Of a stretch of DNA of 64,000 nucleotides, positions 53,772 through 63,175 are shown one piece after another. Source of the stretch: a virus; IMG/VR virus record IMGVR_UViG_3300031825_000353. One strand, given 5' to 3'. The position numbers and the translations under genes are program-made. Each line of letters begins with the position of its first letter. The stretch's first letter is position 1. The notes under the pieces are model-generated. The model saw only the letters and a list, made by a program, of their open reading frames with translations, had not been told where the DNA came from and searched no databases.

Positions 53772-54923
53772 CTAATCCATGCGAATAGCGAAGTAATCGG
53801 TTTTCGAATTGCGGAAGACGTTCTGGACCACCAGCCAGGTGTCCCGCCCGATGGTCATCGTGTTTTCCGTGGCGTTGGAGTAGCCGGTCGTCGCCCACAC
53901 ACCATCGAATCGGCCGAAGACATTGGGGGCCGATTCGGTGAGGACAATCGGGAGTACGGGATAGGACCCATCCAGATTTGGCCGCAGGTCCCCCATGGAG
54001 TTGGCATAGGGCCAAATGGACCCGGTGGACACGCTGTACCCACTGGCCGTAAATCCCCTCCAGAGCCCGTCTGGTCGGCGCAGCCTCAACTGAGATCGGT
54101 CGTTCGGCTGATCGGCCCAGGCCTTGGCAAAGGCAGAGTGGCTGCTGGTGGCATTCGAATATGACCAGGAGATGGACCCCGCCGCAGGCTCAACATCGAA
54201 GGCCATGGACCCGCCCACGACCAGCGGGTAGCTCCACTGGCCGGGGCTCGCGTAGGTCTCGAGGAACCCGAGGTAGGCCGATTCGTAGTTGGTGGAGATC
54301 TTGGCCACCACCACGACGCGCCGGCCGTTGGCCATGAACCAGTAGGGGATGGCGGCATTCCAGAGCGGCAGCACCGGGCCCATGAGTGTGGTGGAATTCA
54401 CGATGGATCCGGCCTGCTGGCCGAAGGCCACGCCCGCTGCATAGCCGGTGAAACCACCGAGCTGCCAGTTGTAGTACCCGATGGAATCCGTGAAGGTCTT
54501 CGCGCCGACATAGATCTGATCGGTGTTCGCATTCCCGGGGGCCATCCAGATGTATTCGCTTCCGGCCACCCCCCGCTTCTGCACCCAGGGCACGGTCATG
54601 ACGAAGCTGATGGTGTCTCCGTTCGCCCAGGCGGTGCCTCCGGCTGCGACGGTGAAGGCCACCTTGGCATGGCTGAAGGCGGTGCCTACCGTGCCGGTGC
54701 CCATGGCGCCCGTCACGGAGCCGGACACACCGAAGGCCGTGGCGCTCGTGAAGGTGAGGGTGATGGTCTCCTGGATGCTGGCGGCGGTCCCAATCAAGCT
54801 GGTGATGGTGCCCGTACCCACACCCGTGTAGGCCGGGGTCAGGGCGTGGCCCTTGAGCAGGAAGGTGTCGAGCTTGTCCAGCAGGTCGGTGTAGCTGGTG
54901 GCCGTGCCTTGCTCGAAACTCAT
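53772..54923 (-). CDS. Virion structural protein (copy 2)
   Basis: Identical translation to 10385..11536. Confidence 0.82.
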   Translation of the reverse strand: MSFEQGTATSYTDLLDKLDTFLLKGHALTPAYTGVGTGTITSLIGTAASIQETITLTFTSATAFGVSGSVTGAMGTGTVGTAFSHAKVAFTVAAGGTAWANGDTISFVMTVPWVQKRGVAGSEYIWMAPGNANTDQIYVGAKTFTDSIGYYNWQLGGFTGYAAGVAFGQQAGSIVNSTTLMGPVLPLWNAAIPYWFMANGRRVVVVAKISTNYESAYLGFLETYASPGQWSYPLVVGGSMAFDVEPAAGSISWSYSNATSSHSAFAKAWADQPNDRSQLRLRRPDGLWRGFTASGYSVSTGSIWPYANSMGDLRPNLDGSYPVLPIVLTESAPNVFGRFDGVWATTGYSNATENTMTIGRDTWLVVQNVFRNSKTDYFAIRMD

Positions 54924-54924
54924 G

Positions 54925-57783
54925 TCACCTCCCGAGGGCGCGGTTGAACTTCTTGGAGTTGGCGGTGGTCTGCTTGAGGAGCACCTTCGCGCCCTCGGGC
55001 GAATCGAGTGCCCGGAGGATCAGGCCGTCATCCAGGCCGATCTGCATGCTGTGGCTGAAGTCGCCCCGCACGGGGATGGGCTGGAGGGTGGGCGCGATGG
55101 GGCCGCCTTCCGCGTAGCCGCGGACGAAGCCCTTGGGCAGGCGCAGGCCGTTCAGGGCGGCGAGGGTGTCGAGTCCGTAGTGGCGCACGGCGGCGGCGCG
55201 CACCATGAACTCGCCGGCGCTGGCCATGATGGGGATGCTGTCGCTGGTGGAGGAGCCGGGGCCGTAGATCGGGCCGCCTTCCGCGAAGCCCATGGCGCCC
55301 GCAGCGGCCTGGGCCACCTTCATGGCGGCGAGCTTCACGATGGCCTGCGCGATGGTGAAGCCCAGGGCCTTCATCTTGTCGGTGAGGGAGGAGGTCTTGT
55401 CGAGCAGGGTCTCGAGGAAGTTGGCGAAGCCGTCGATGAAGGCGTCCCGGGCGGCGTCCTTGAAGTCCTTCAGCTGGTCCTTCATGTTGGCCAGCTTGAT
55501 TTTCATGCCGTCGAGGTCCTGCAACTGCTTCTCGGCGGCCTGGACCAGGGCCGGGTCGCCCACGGCCTGGGCGGCCTGGAGCTGGAGGAGGGCGGCCTCC
55601 TGGATGACGGGGATCCATTTTTCATAGGCCTGGGTCCGCAGGTCCACGGCCTGGGCCTCGGAGATCAGGTTCGCCTGGCGCTTCTGGTCGACGCTGGTGA
55701 GATCCATCTCCAGGCCGGTCTGGGCGTACTGGACCTGCCGCCCGGCCTGGTCGTTGTTGGCCTTGCCGATGGCGGTGTCGCGGAGCCCCTCGAGGGCCTT
55801 CTTGGCCTGGGGGCTCTTGGCCTGGCGGATGCGCTCCTCATACTCGGCCTGGATGGCCTTGATGGAGGCGGCAGCGGTCCGGCCCTTGGCCTGCTCCAGA
55901 TCGCCTTCGAGCTTGATGGCATCCAGGGTGGCCGCCTTGCGGAGGTCATCCCCGGTGCGCTCCAGCGCCTGGAGCTTCAGCTCGGCGTCAGCCTGCTTGG
56001 CTTTGATCTGGGAGGAGAGGTCGGCCAGCTTCTGGAGGCTGGCAGCCTTCTCGGCCGGCGTCTTCAGGGTGCCCTGGATGGACTGCTCGGCGGCGATCTG
56101 AGCCTGGAGGGAGGCGACTTCGAGATCGGCCTGGGCCTTGATGGCCGTTTCCCGCCCGCGGAGATAGGTCTCCAGGTCGATCAGGCCTTCCTTGTAGAAG
56201 GCCTCGTTCAGGGCCGTGAACTCGTCCAGGGCCTGCTTCTGGGCCTCGGCGCCCCGCTTCGCGGCGGCGACCATGGCCGCGGCCTGGGCCTTCACGAGGG
56301 ATTCATCCGTGGCAGTCAGGGACTTCTTATCATCCTGCTTCTTGGGCGCGACTCCGGGCTTGGAGATCCCGAGCGCCGCCTCAAGCGCGGCGACCGTCTC
56401 GTTCGCCACTCGCAGCTTTTCTTGGAGGGCAGGGAGGACATCCACCGCAGCGAACTCGGTGGCGCCTCCCTCTCCCTTCACTTCGGGCAGCGGGCCGGCC
56501 TTCTTGGCGGCCTCCACCGTCGCGGATAGCCGGTCGCGGTCGGCTCGGATCTGGGCGAGTTGGGTTTCCAGGGCCTTCTTCTGGGCGACATCCAGGGCCC
56601 GCATGGCCTCGGCCTTGTCGTTGATGCCCTTGGTCTCGTCCTTCAGGATCTGCTGGTAGGCCGGGCTGATCTCGATGAGCTTGTCTTCGATTTCTTTCAG
56701 CGCCTTCGAATGCTTGGCGGCCTCGCGCTTATTCGACCCGGCCTTCTCCAGGGCCTGGGCTTCCTTCTGATATTGGTCCACCAGCTTATCGCCGTTCTGG
56801 ATCATCCGCCCCTTGGCGGAGATGTCCTGGAGGTCCCTTTTGTGAGCCTCCTCCTGGGCCGCCTGGAGGGAGATGAGACCGGCCACCAGGGCCGAGATGG
56901 CCACCACGGCCAGCCCGATGGGGCCAAGCCCCGCGATGGCTCCGTAGAGGGCACGGACGGCGACGGTCGCGGCGGTTGCCGCACTGCCGATCACAAGGAA
57001 GGTCCCGCTGAAGGCCTTGGCGCCCGCCGGCATCCCCGCCAGGGCTGCCACCAGGCCATCCACGGCCTTGGTGAGCCCGGGCAGCATGGTGCCGGCCACC
57101 TGGACGGTGACGCCCTGGGCGGCCATTTCCAGGCGCTTCATGCTGTCGTTGAAGTCCTGGGCGGCCCGGGCGGTGTCGCCGCTGATGACGAGACCCAGCT
57201 CCTGCAGCTTCTTCTTCGCGTTCTCGAAGCCGCCGTTGGCCAGGTCGTTCATGAGGGGGATGAGGTTCGCGCCAGACTTGCCGAAGAGCGCCATCATCAC
57301 CGCGGCCTTGCCGGCCCCGTCGGCGTACTGGGACTGGGCGTTGGCCACCTTCAGGATGATCTGGTCGAGGCCAAGCCCCGCGAGATCCTGGGCGCTGAGG
57401 CCGATGCGCTTGAAGGCGTCGGCCGCGGCGGCATCGCCCTTGTTCAGGGCGTCGAGGGTCTTGCTCAGCTTGGCGAAGCCCTTGCCCAGATCCTCCTGGG
57501 AGACATCGGCCTGCTGGGACATGTAGGTGAAGACGCTCAGCTGCTCGACGGCGATGCCGGTCTTCTGGCTCAGCTTGCCCAGCTGGTCGGCAGCCTCCAG
57601 GGCGTGGGCGGCGAAGGCGGCGATCTGCTGCGCCGCGAAGAGCGTACCCAGGGCGCCCAGGGTATCGCCGGCTTCCTTTCCGGCCCCGCTGGTCTTCCGG
57701 GTCTGGTCCTCCACCTTCTTGAGGGCCCCGATGACCTCCTGGATGCCCTCGGCCGAGAGCCTGACCTTCAGCACATCAGACAC
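54925..57783 (-). CDS. Tape measure protein (copy 2)
   Basis: Identical translation to 11538..14396. Confidence 0.92.
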   Translation of the reverse strand: MSDVLKVRLSAEGIQEVIGALKKVEDQTRKTSGAGKEAGDTLGALGTLFAAQQIAAFAAHALEAADQLGKLSQKTGIAVEQLSVFTYMSQQADVSQEDLGKGFAKLSKTLDALNKGDAAAADAFKRIGLSAQDLAGLGLDQIILKVANAQSQYADGAGKAAVMMALFGKSGANLIPLMNDLANGGFENAKKKLQELGLVISGDTARAAQDFNDSMKRLEMAAQGVTVQVAGTMLPGLTKAVDGLVAALAGMPAGAKAFSGTFLVIGSAATAATVAVRALYGAIAGLGPIGLAVVAISALVAGLISLQAAQEEAHKRDLQDISAKGRMIQNGDKLVDQYQKEAQALEKAGSNKREAAKHSKALKEIEDKLIEISPAYQQILKDETKGINDKAEAMRALDVAQKKALETQLAQIRADRDRLSATVEAAKKAGPLPEVKGEGGATEFAAVDVLPALQEKLRVANETVAALEAALGISKPGVAPKKQDDKKSLTATDESLVKAQAAAMVAAAKRGAEAQKQALDEFTALNEAFYKEGLIDLETYLRGRETAIKAQADLEVASLQAQIAAEQSIQGTLKTPAEKAASLQKLADLSSQIKAKQADAELKLQALERTGDDLRKAATLDAIKLEGDLEQAKGRTAAASIKAIQAEYEERIRQAKSPQAKKALEGLRDTAIGKANNDQAGRQVQYAQTGLEMDLTSVDQKRQANLISEAQAVDLRTQAYEKWIPVIQEAALLQLQAAQAVGDPALVQAAEKQLQDLDGMKIKLANMKDQLKDFKDAARDAFIDGFANFLETLLDKTSSLTDKMKALGFTIAQAIVKLAAMKVAQAAAGAMGFAEGGPIYGPGSSTSDSIPIMASAGEFMVRAAAVRHYGLDTLAALNGLRLPKGFVRGYAEGGPIAPTLQPIPVRGDFSHSMQIGLDDGLILRALDSPEGAKVLLKQTTANSKKFNRALGR

Positions 57784-58321
57784 GGCGCAGCTCCCGGGTG
57801 GCCTTCTGGACGGAGGCGGAATCGGCCATGGAGAAGCTGGCCGAGGTGATGTCGCGGGCGAGTTGCTCGCGCTCCTGGCGGATCGACTCCTCCAGGAAGG
57901 CGCGCAGCTGGCTGAGTGTGAGTTCCTGGATGGACTCCCAGGAGTGGCCGAAGCTGATCAGGCGCTGGGTGATGGAGGCCCAGGTGAGGTCGTCGCCTTC
58001 GGCGCCGCCGCCCTTGTCTGGGTCCCACAGGTCCCGGTTGATGGCGAGGGCAAAGCTGGCAAGCTTTTCGAACTCGGGTTCGGCCAGGGCCTCGACCCAG
58101 GCTCGGGGCTTCCCGCTGGCGCCCTCCAGGAGATCCATGAATGCGTCCCAGCCATCAGCCGGGACGGTGAGGCCTGCCGATACGACCATGGCCCCCCAGC
58201 CTTGCATGGCGCGATCCACCAGGGGCAGCTCGCGGAACACGACCGGGCGGACATACAGCCGCTCCCCACCCACCCGGAGAGGGAGGGTGGGGAACAGGCT
58301 GGTCAGGGAGCCATCGGCCAC
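57776..58321 (-). CDS. Tail assembly chaperone (copy 2)
   Basis: Identical translation to 14389..14934. Confidence 0.75.
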   Translation of the reverse strand: MADGSLTSLFPTLPLRVGGERLYVRPVVFRELPLVDRAMQGWGAMVVSAGLTVPADGWDAFMDLLEGASGKPRAWVEALAEPEFEKLASFALAINRDLWDPDKGGGAEGDDLTWASITQRLISFGHSWESIQELTLSQLRAFLEESIRQEREQLARDITSASFSMADSASVQKATRELRRV

Positions 58322-58323
58322 GG

Positions 58324-59100
58324 CTACTTCACGTTGTAGACGGCGCCGAACTGGCCAAGGGTGGCGTTCGAGGGCCTGAGGTCGTCCATGAGGACGGAGC
58401 CCTCGATGGGGAACTTGGCGTAGTCGTCGGTGATGAGGTCGAGCTGCTTGGCCGGATCGATCAGCACCTTGTAGAGGTCGATGAGCACGGGGTTGTTGCT
58501 GTCGGCCGTGTTCAGGCCCTCGATGAAGAAGTAGTAGGGGACGGAACCCTGGGTGAAGAGGCCCATCTCGGTGGTGGCGCCGGGGGTGTAGTCGGCCTTC
58601 AGGGGGCCGACGAAGGGGCCGCCCGTGGTGAGATCCAGGATCTCGATGGCGCCGGCGGTGGCATTCAGCCGGTAGTTGGTGCCCGCCACGAGGGTCTTGG
58701 GAGTGCCGGTGCTGTCCTTGATGGTGACGGCGGTGGCGGCCCGCTTGGTGAACCGGAGGAGGTCGCCCACGGCCAGGGTGCTGACACCCCCACCCAGGAC
58801 TTCCCCAGTGATGGCGCCGCCGGCCGCGACAGTGGCGATGGTGGCGCGGAAGCAGAGCTGCAGGTTCTCCTTCTGGATGGATTCCAGGGTGAGGGAGAGG
58901 CTGGCCTTCTTCTCGGTGTCCATGCGGGCATCGGTGAGGTTCTGGCCGGACCAGCTTTCCTTGTGCTCGATGGTGGTGAGCTCGAGGCCGACCTTGGCCT
59001 CGGGGCAGTTGCCGACCCAGCGCAGATTCTGGGGGTTCCCGTTGGCATCGCGGGTTCCCATCCAGACCTTGCCCTGGCCGCGGTAGAGAATGGTGGCCAT
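58324..59100 (-). CDS. Major tail protein (copy 2)
   Basis: Identical translation to 14937..15713. Confidence 0.88.
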   Translation of the reverse strand: MATILYRGQGKVWMGTRDANGNPQNLRWVGNCPEAKVGLELTTIEHKESWSGQNLTDARMDTEKKASLSLTLESIQKENLQLCFRATIATVAAGGAITGEVLGGGVSTLAVGDLLRFTKRAATAVTIKDSTGTPKTLVAGTNYRLNATAGAIEILDLTTGGPFVGPLKADYTPGATTEMGLFTQGSVPYYFFIEGLNTADSNNPVLIDLYKVLIDPAKQLDLITDDYAKFPIEGSVLMDDLRPSNATLGQFGAVYNVK

Positions 59101-59116
59101 GGTGGGCCTCCTTCAA

Positions 59117-59572
59117 TCAGAAGGGCTGCGACGGATCTGCAGCCTGGTGGCGGTAGGTGATGAGGTAGTGGAGATCCAGGTCGCCGAAGGGCGCCTGGGC
59201 GAGGTTGAAGCCCCAGACCTTCTGGATGGGCTCGATGCGCAGGCAGAGGCCGCCGAGGGATTCATCGGCGATGAGCTGCTGATGGGTCCACAGCCACACG
59301 GGATCGAGGGTCTGGTCGACGGGTTCAGAGGCTGTACCCGTCACCCAGAGGACGATCTTGGCGATGAACTTCTGCTCGGCGATGGATCCCTTGCGCTCGA
59401 ACCCTGCCTCCAAGGGGTAGATGGAACCCCAACGAGGGCTGGTCGGCGCCACGCTGCGCATGCGGCTGCGGTCGAACCCCAGGCCCTCGGGCTTCGCCAC
59501 CGGGCCGAGGGCAGGCCCGTTCAGGCGGGTCTTGATCTCTTCCAGGATGAGCTGCTCGCGGGAGAGGGTCAT
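59117..59572 (-). CDS. Tail terminator-like (copy 2)
   Basis: Identical translation to 15730..16185. Confidence 0.65.
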   Translation of the reverse strand: MTLSREQLILEEIKTRLNGPALGPVAKPEGLGFDRSRMRSVAPTSPRWGSIYPLEAGFERKGSIAEQKFIAKIVLWVTGTASEPVDQTLDPVWLWTHQQLIADESLGGLCLRIEPIQKVWGFNLAQAPFGDLDLHYLITYRHQAADPSQPF

Positions 59573-59865
59573 GCGGTCTCCAGGAGGACGACGGCTTCGA
59601 GGCCATCACCTTTGCGGCGCGGGTTGGTGGAGACGGTGTACGCCACGCCATCGCAGGTGATGGAGCTGTCGGGGCCGAGGCCCGGCAGGTCGGGGTAGGG
59701 GTAGGTCAGGGAAATGCCCTCCACATCCATCTGCGCCTGGCCCTCGGGCCCCCACCCCCGGCCCTCGAAATCGAGGATGCCGGGGGTGGTGAAGGTGCCG
59801 AAGACGACCGCGACAGCCCCAGGCATGGAGGCGAGGCTGGCGCGGAAGTCGTCGAGGGAGGACAC
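59569..59865 (-). CDS. Head-tail joining protein (copy 2)
   Basis: Identical translation to 16182..16478. Confidence 0.7.
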   Translation of the reverse strand: MSSLDDFRASLASMPGAVAVVFGTFTTPGILDFEGRGWGPEGQAQMDVEGISLTYPYPDLPGLGPDSSITCDGVAYTVSTNPRRKGDGLEAVVLLETA

Positions 59866-59868
59866 GGG

Positions 59869-60336
59869 TCAGGCCTTGAGCTGGTCGAGTTCGGCCTGCT
59901 CGACCTCGGTGCGCTCGGGGTTGGCCTCGAGCTCGGCGATGCGTTCGGCCTTGGCCTGGGCATCCTTCTCGGCCTGCTCCTGCTCGGCGAGCATCTCGTC
60001 CTGGCGGGCTTTGATGATCTCGATGAGCTTGAGCTTGCCGGTGTTCGGGTGGAACTTGGCCTCCAGGGTGGTGGCCATGGCGCGGAGCTGTTCGATGTCC
60101 AGGTCTTCCAGGGCCTCGGGTTCCTCCACCTCGTCGAGGCAGTGGGCGATGGTCTTGGGGATGGGCAGGTCGTGGCTGAAGGTCTCGCCGGCCTTGAACT
60201 GGACCGGGGCCAGGATCTCAAAGAGCCCGCCGCCCAGATCGGCCAGGGCGGAGCCGCAGCGGGAGGCCTGGGCCTGGTCGAGTCCCAGCTTGCCCTGGCC
60301 GATGGTGACGGTGGACTTGGCGGTGTAGGTCTTCAT
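59869..60336 (-). CDS. Hypothetical head-associated protein (copy 2)
   Basis: Identical translation to 16482..16949. Confidence 0.6.
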   Translation of the reverse strand: MKTYTAKSTVTIGQGKLGLDQAQASRCGSALADLGGGLFEILAPVQFKAGETFSHDLPIPKTIAHCLDEVEEPEALEDLDIEQLRAMATTLEAKFHPNTGKLKLIEIIKARQDEMLAEQEQAEKDAQAKAERIAELEANPERTEVEQAELDQLKA

Positions 60337-60399
60337 GGATCCTCCAGAAGGAGGGGGGTGGCTTGCGCGGCCCCCTCCTTCTCGAAAACGGCGGGCGGC

Positions 60400-61341
60400 C
60401 TAGGTCAACTTCACCAGCTGGCAGCAGCGCCACTGGTTGAGGCCGGTGTTGTAGGAGGCGTCGATGGCGAAGAGCCACCGCTTGTTCTTCACCTCTTCGT
60501 CGGACCCTTCGGCCAGGACGGAGGTGATGGGGTCCTCCTCCACCTGATAGACGAAGGGCTTGACGGCCGCGTCGTCACGGCAGATGCAGAACTGGTCGGT
60601 CCAGGTGAGACGGGGATTCACGATGCCCTGGATCTGGATGCCCATGAGGCTCCCGACGGCGCGCATGTTGGAGCTGCGGGGGCCGCCACCTTCGACGATC
60701 ACATCCGCCTTGAGGGCGGTGGCCAGGGCCCGCATGTGGTTCAAGGGAACCATCACGCTGAAGCTCTTGGCGGAGCCGTTGGTCTTGCGGCCCTTGTCGT
60801 CCACGATGCCGTAGATGTTCTGAATGCCGGTCAGAATGGCCGTTTCCATTTCGGCGGCGGTGGGCGCGGTGGGAAGGGCGATGTCCACCGTGGTGATGTT
60901 GGACTGGACGGGGCTCTCGCCTTCCTGGTGGTCGGTGTCGAAGAAGTACTGGCCGTCGTAGCACACCGTCGCGGGAGCGGTGTCGATGGTGGCGCTGATC
61001 AGCTCGAACTTGTGGTCCGCCGCGGATTCGCCCATCTCCCCGATCTTCATGCGGATCTGGCTGGTGTGGTCACGCTTGAGCCAGCGGGTGGGGATCTCCA
61101 GGGAGGCCTCGAATTCGAGGTTGGGGACCCGGAACTCGTTCTGGCCAAGGGTGGCCGGCTTGCGGCCGCCCTTCCAGGGGCGCATGCGGGGGGCGCTGCC
61201 CAGCCAGGTGTAGACCTCGGAATCCTTGTCGGAGTTCACCCGGTTGCAGAGCATGTCGAACCACGGCGCCGGGGGGGTATCGAGGGCCTTGACGATGAGG
61301 GGGATGATGTCCCGGGACTGCAGGCGATCGGTGAAAGGCAT
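60400..61341 (-). CDS. Major capsid protein, Mu gpT family (copy 2)
   Basis: Identical translation to 17013..17954. Confidence 0.9.
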   Translation of the reverse strand: MPFTDRLQSRDIIPLIVKALDTPPAPWFDMLCNRVNSDKDSEVYTWLGSAPRMRPWKGGRKPATLGQNEFRVPNLEFEASLEIPTRWLKRDHTSQIRMKIGEMGESAADHKFELISATIDTAPATVCYDGQYFFDTDHQEGESPVQSNITTVDIALPTAPTAAEMETAILTGIQNIYGIVDDKGRKTNGSAKSFSVMVPLNHMRALATALKADVIVEGGGPRSSNMRAVGSLMGIQIQGIVNPRLTWTDQFCICRDDAAVKPFVYQVEEDPITSVLAEGSDEEVKNKRWLFAIDASYNTGLNQWRCCQLVKLT

Positions 61342-61351
61342 GGGTGGCTCC

Positions 61352-61762
61352 TCAGATGCCGGCGGCCCAGAATTCGACGATGTGCTTGCCGGTGGCCACG
61401 TCGTAGCCGCCGATCTTGCCCATCAGGGAATTGCTGGTCGAAACGAGGGTGAGGGTGTCATCGGCGCTGGCGTAGACGCTGGTGCCGAGGGCGGTGGACG
61501 CGGTGGCGGTGGCGACGGTGTCGAGGACCCGGCCCTCGCGCTTGACCTGGACATCCTTGGCGGCAGCGGCGCCGCCGGTGTTGTCGGAGCTGTCCTGCGC
61601 GACGCCGGCGAACTTGTCGGTGGCGACCAGCGCCCGGAAGGTGTTGGTGCCGGAGACCTGGCCGATGTAGGTGTGCCGGAAGACCTTCGCGCCGGCAGCG
61701 AGGGGGAGGTGGGCGTAGTCGCCGATCTCGAACTGGAGGAAGCGGTCCTTGGTGGCAGCCAT
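61352..61762 (-). CDS. Capsid cement protein (copy 2)
   Basis: Identical translation to 17965..18375. Confidence 0.72.
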   Translation of the reverse strand: MAATKDRFLQFEIGDYAHLPLAAGAKVFRHTYIGQVSGTNTFRALVATDKFAGVAQDSSDNTGGAAAAKDVQVKREGRVLDTVATATASTALGTSVYASADDTLTLVSTSNSLMGKIGGYDVATGKHIVEFWAAGI

Positions 61763-61765
61763 GGA

Positions 61766-63175
61766 TCACCGACCTTTCTGGAGGATGCGGCCGTTGGCAG
61801 CGGCGGTCACGGCGGCCTCGTTGGCCTCGACAAAGGCCTCGTAGGTTCCGTAGAGGTTGCGGAGGTTGGCGTTGGAGTCCCAGCGGGCCTTGAGGTTGCC
61901 CTGGCTGTTGGCGTCGGCTTCGGCCTGGACGCGGGCGGCGTCGGCTTCGGCAGCCGCGGCATCGCCGGAGGGGGGGAGGACGGGGGCGCCCTTGGAGGCG
62001 TCGGTGGCGTTGGCATGGGCGGCCGAGAGGTCGGCCTTCTGCTTCGCCAGGACGGCGATGGCGGCCTCGCCGGGGGTGGTCTTGCCATCCAGGGCAAGGG
62101 ACGTGGCGAGGGCTTCGTAGCCGAGGATGGAAGCGTCGAGGCAACCCTTGACGCGGGCCAACTCGGCCGCGGCGCCAGAGACGGCGCCCTCGGCCTTCCC
62201 TTCCGCCTGGAGGGCGTTGAGCAGATCCGGCGCTTCGGCGGCCAGCTGCTCGCGGGTGATGGGCATGATGTTCTCCTGAGTGGAGTTGGTTTCGGGGGAA
62301 TCCGAGAGCGCACCGGCTCCGGTGGTGGGCTTCCAGGCCTTGCGGTCCTGGTTCAGCTGGGCGATGAGATTGGCCATGGAGGAAACACCGTCCACCAAGC
62401 CGGCCTCAACGGCCTGCTGCCCCAGGAACACGCGGCCATCGGCCATTTGCGCCAGGACCGTGTCCACCGACACGCCCCGGAATTTCGCGATGGAATCGAC
62501 GAACACGGTGTAGATGTGATCGAGCTGGGCCTTGATGTAGTCAGTCCCCTCCTGGGTGAGGGGTGCGAACTGGCTGGCGATCCGCTTGTACTTGCCGCTG
62601 GTCAGTTCGGTGGTCTTCCGACCCTGCTGGGCCTCGGCTGCGGAGATGTCGGTGTGGGCGGTGACCACGCCGATGCTGCCCACCTCGGTGGTGTCGCTGG
62701 TGATGTAGACCTTCTCGGCGGCGGCGCCGACCCAGTAGGCCGCGCTGCACATGCAGCCATCTCCCAGGGCCACGACGGGCTTCTGCTGGCGGGCGGCGAA
62801 GACCGCGTCGGCCAGTTCCTGGGTGCCATCCACCATCCCCCCGGGGCTGTCGATCCAGAGCAGGACGGAATGGGCCTGGCGGTCCTCCAGAGCGGCGCGG
62901 AGGTCCTGCTGGGTCAGCACGCTGGAAGTCATCCCGCAGAGGCGGTTCCACATGCTGTCGACCTTGGTGATGATCCCCTGGATGGAGATCACCGCCACGC
63001 CATCCACCAACTGGTAGGGCTGGCGCTCAGCGCCGGCCGGGCGGCCGGTGGCGGCCTCCCAAGCCTTCAGGTCCAGCTTCTCGCGGCGGGTGTGGGCGAA
63101 GTAGAGCTCACGCAGCTCATGCACCCGGCCGCCGGCCATGGCCCACATGCCGTTGACGATGTCGAGCAGGCGCAT
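61766..63175 (-). CDS. S49 protease/scaffold (copy 2)
   Basis: Identical translation to 18379..19788. Confidence 0.92.
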   Translation of the reverse strand: MRLLDIVNGMWAMAGGRVHELRELYFAHTRREKLDLKAWEAATGRPAGAERQPYQLVDGVAVISIQGIITKVDSMWNRLCGMTSSVLTQQDLRAALEDRQAHSVLLWIDSPGGMVDGTQELADAVFAARQQKPVVALGDGCMCSAAYWVGAAAEKVYITSDTTEVGSIGVVTAHTDISAAEAQQGRKTTELTSGKYKRIASQFAPLTQEGTDYIKAQLDHIYTVFVDSIAKFRGVSVDTVLAQMADGRVFLGQQAVEAGLVDGVSSMANLIAQLNQDRKAWKPTTGAGALSDSPETNSTQENIMPITREQLAAEAPDLLNALQAEGKAEGAVSGAAAELARVKGCLDASILGYEALATSLALDGKTTPGEAAIAVLAKQKADLSAAHANATDASKGAPVLPPSGDAAAAEADAARVQAEADANSQGNLKARWDSNANLRNLYGTYEAFVEANEAAVTAAANGRILQKGR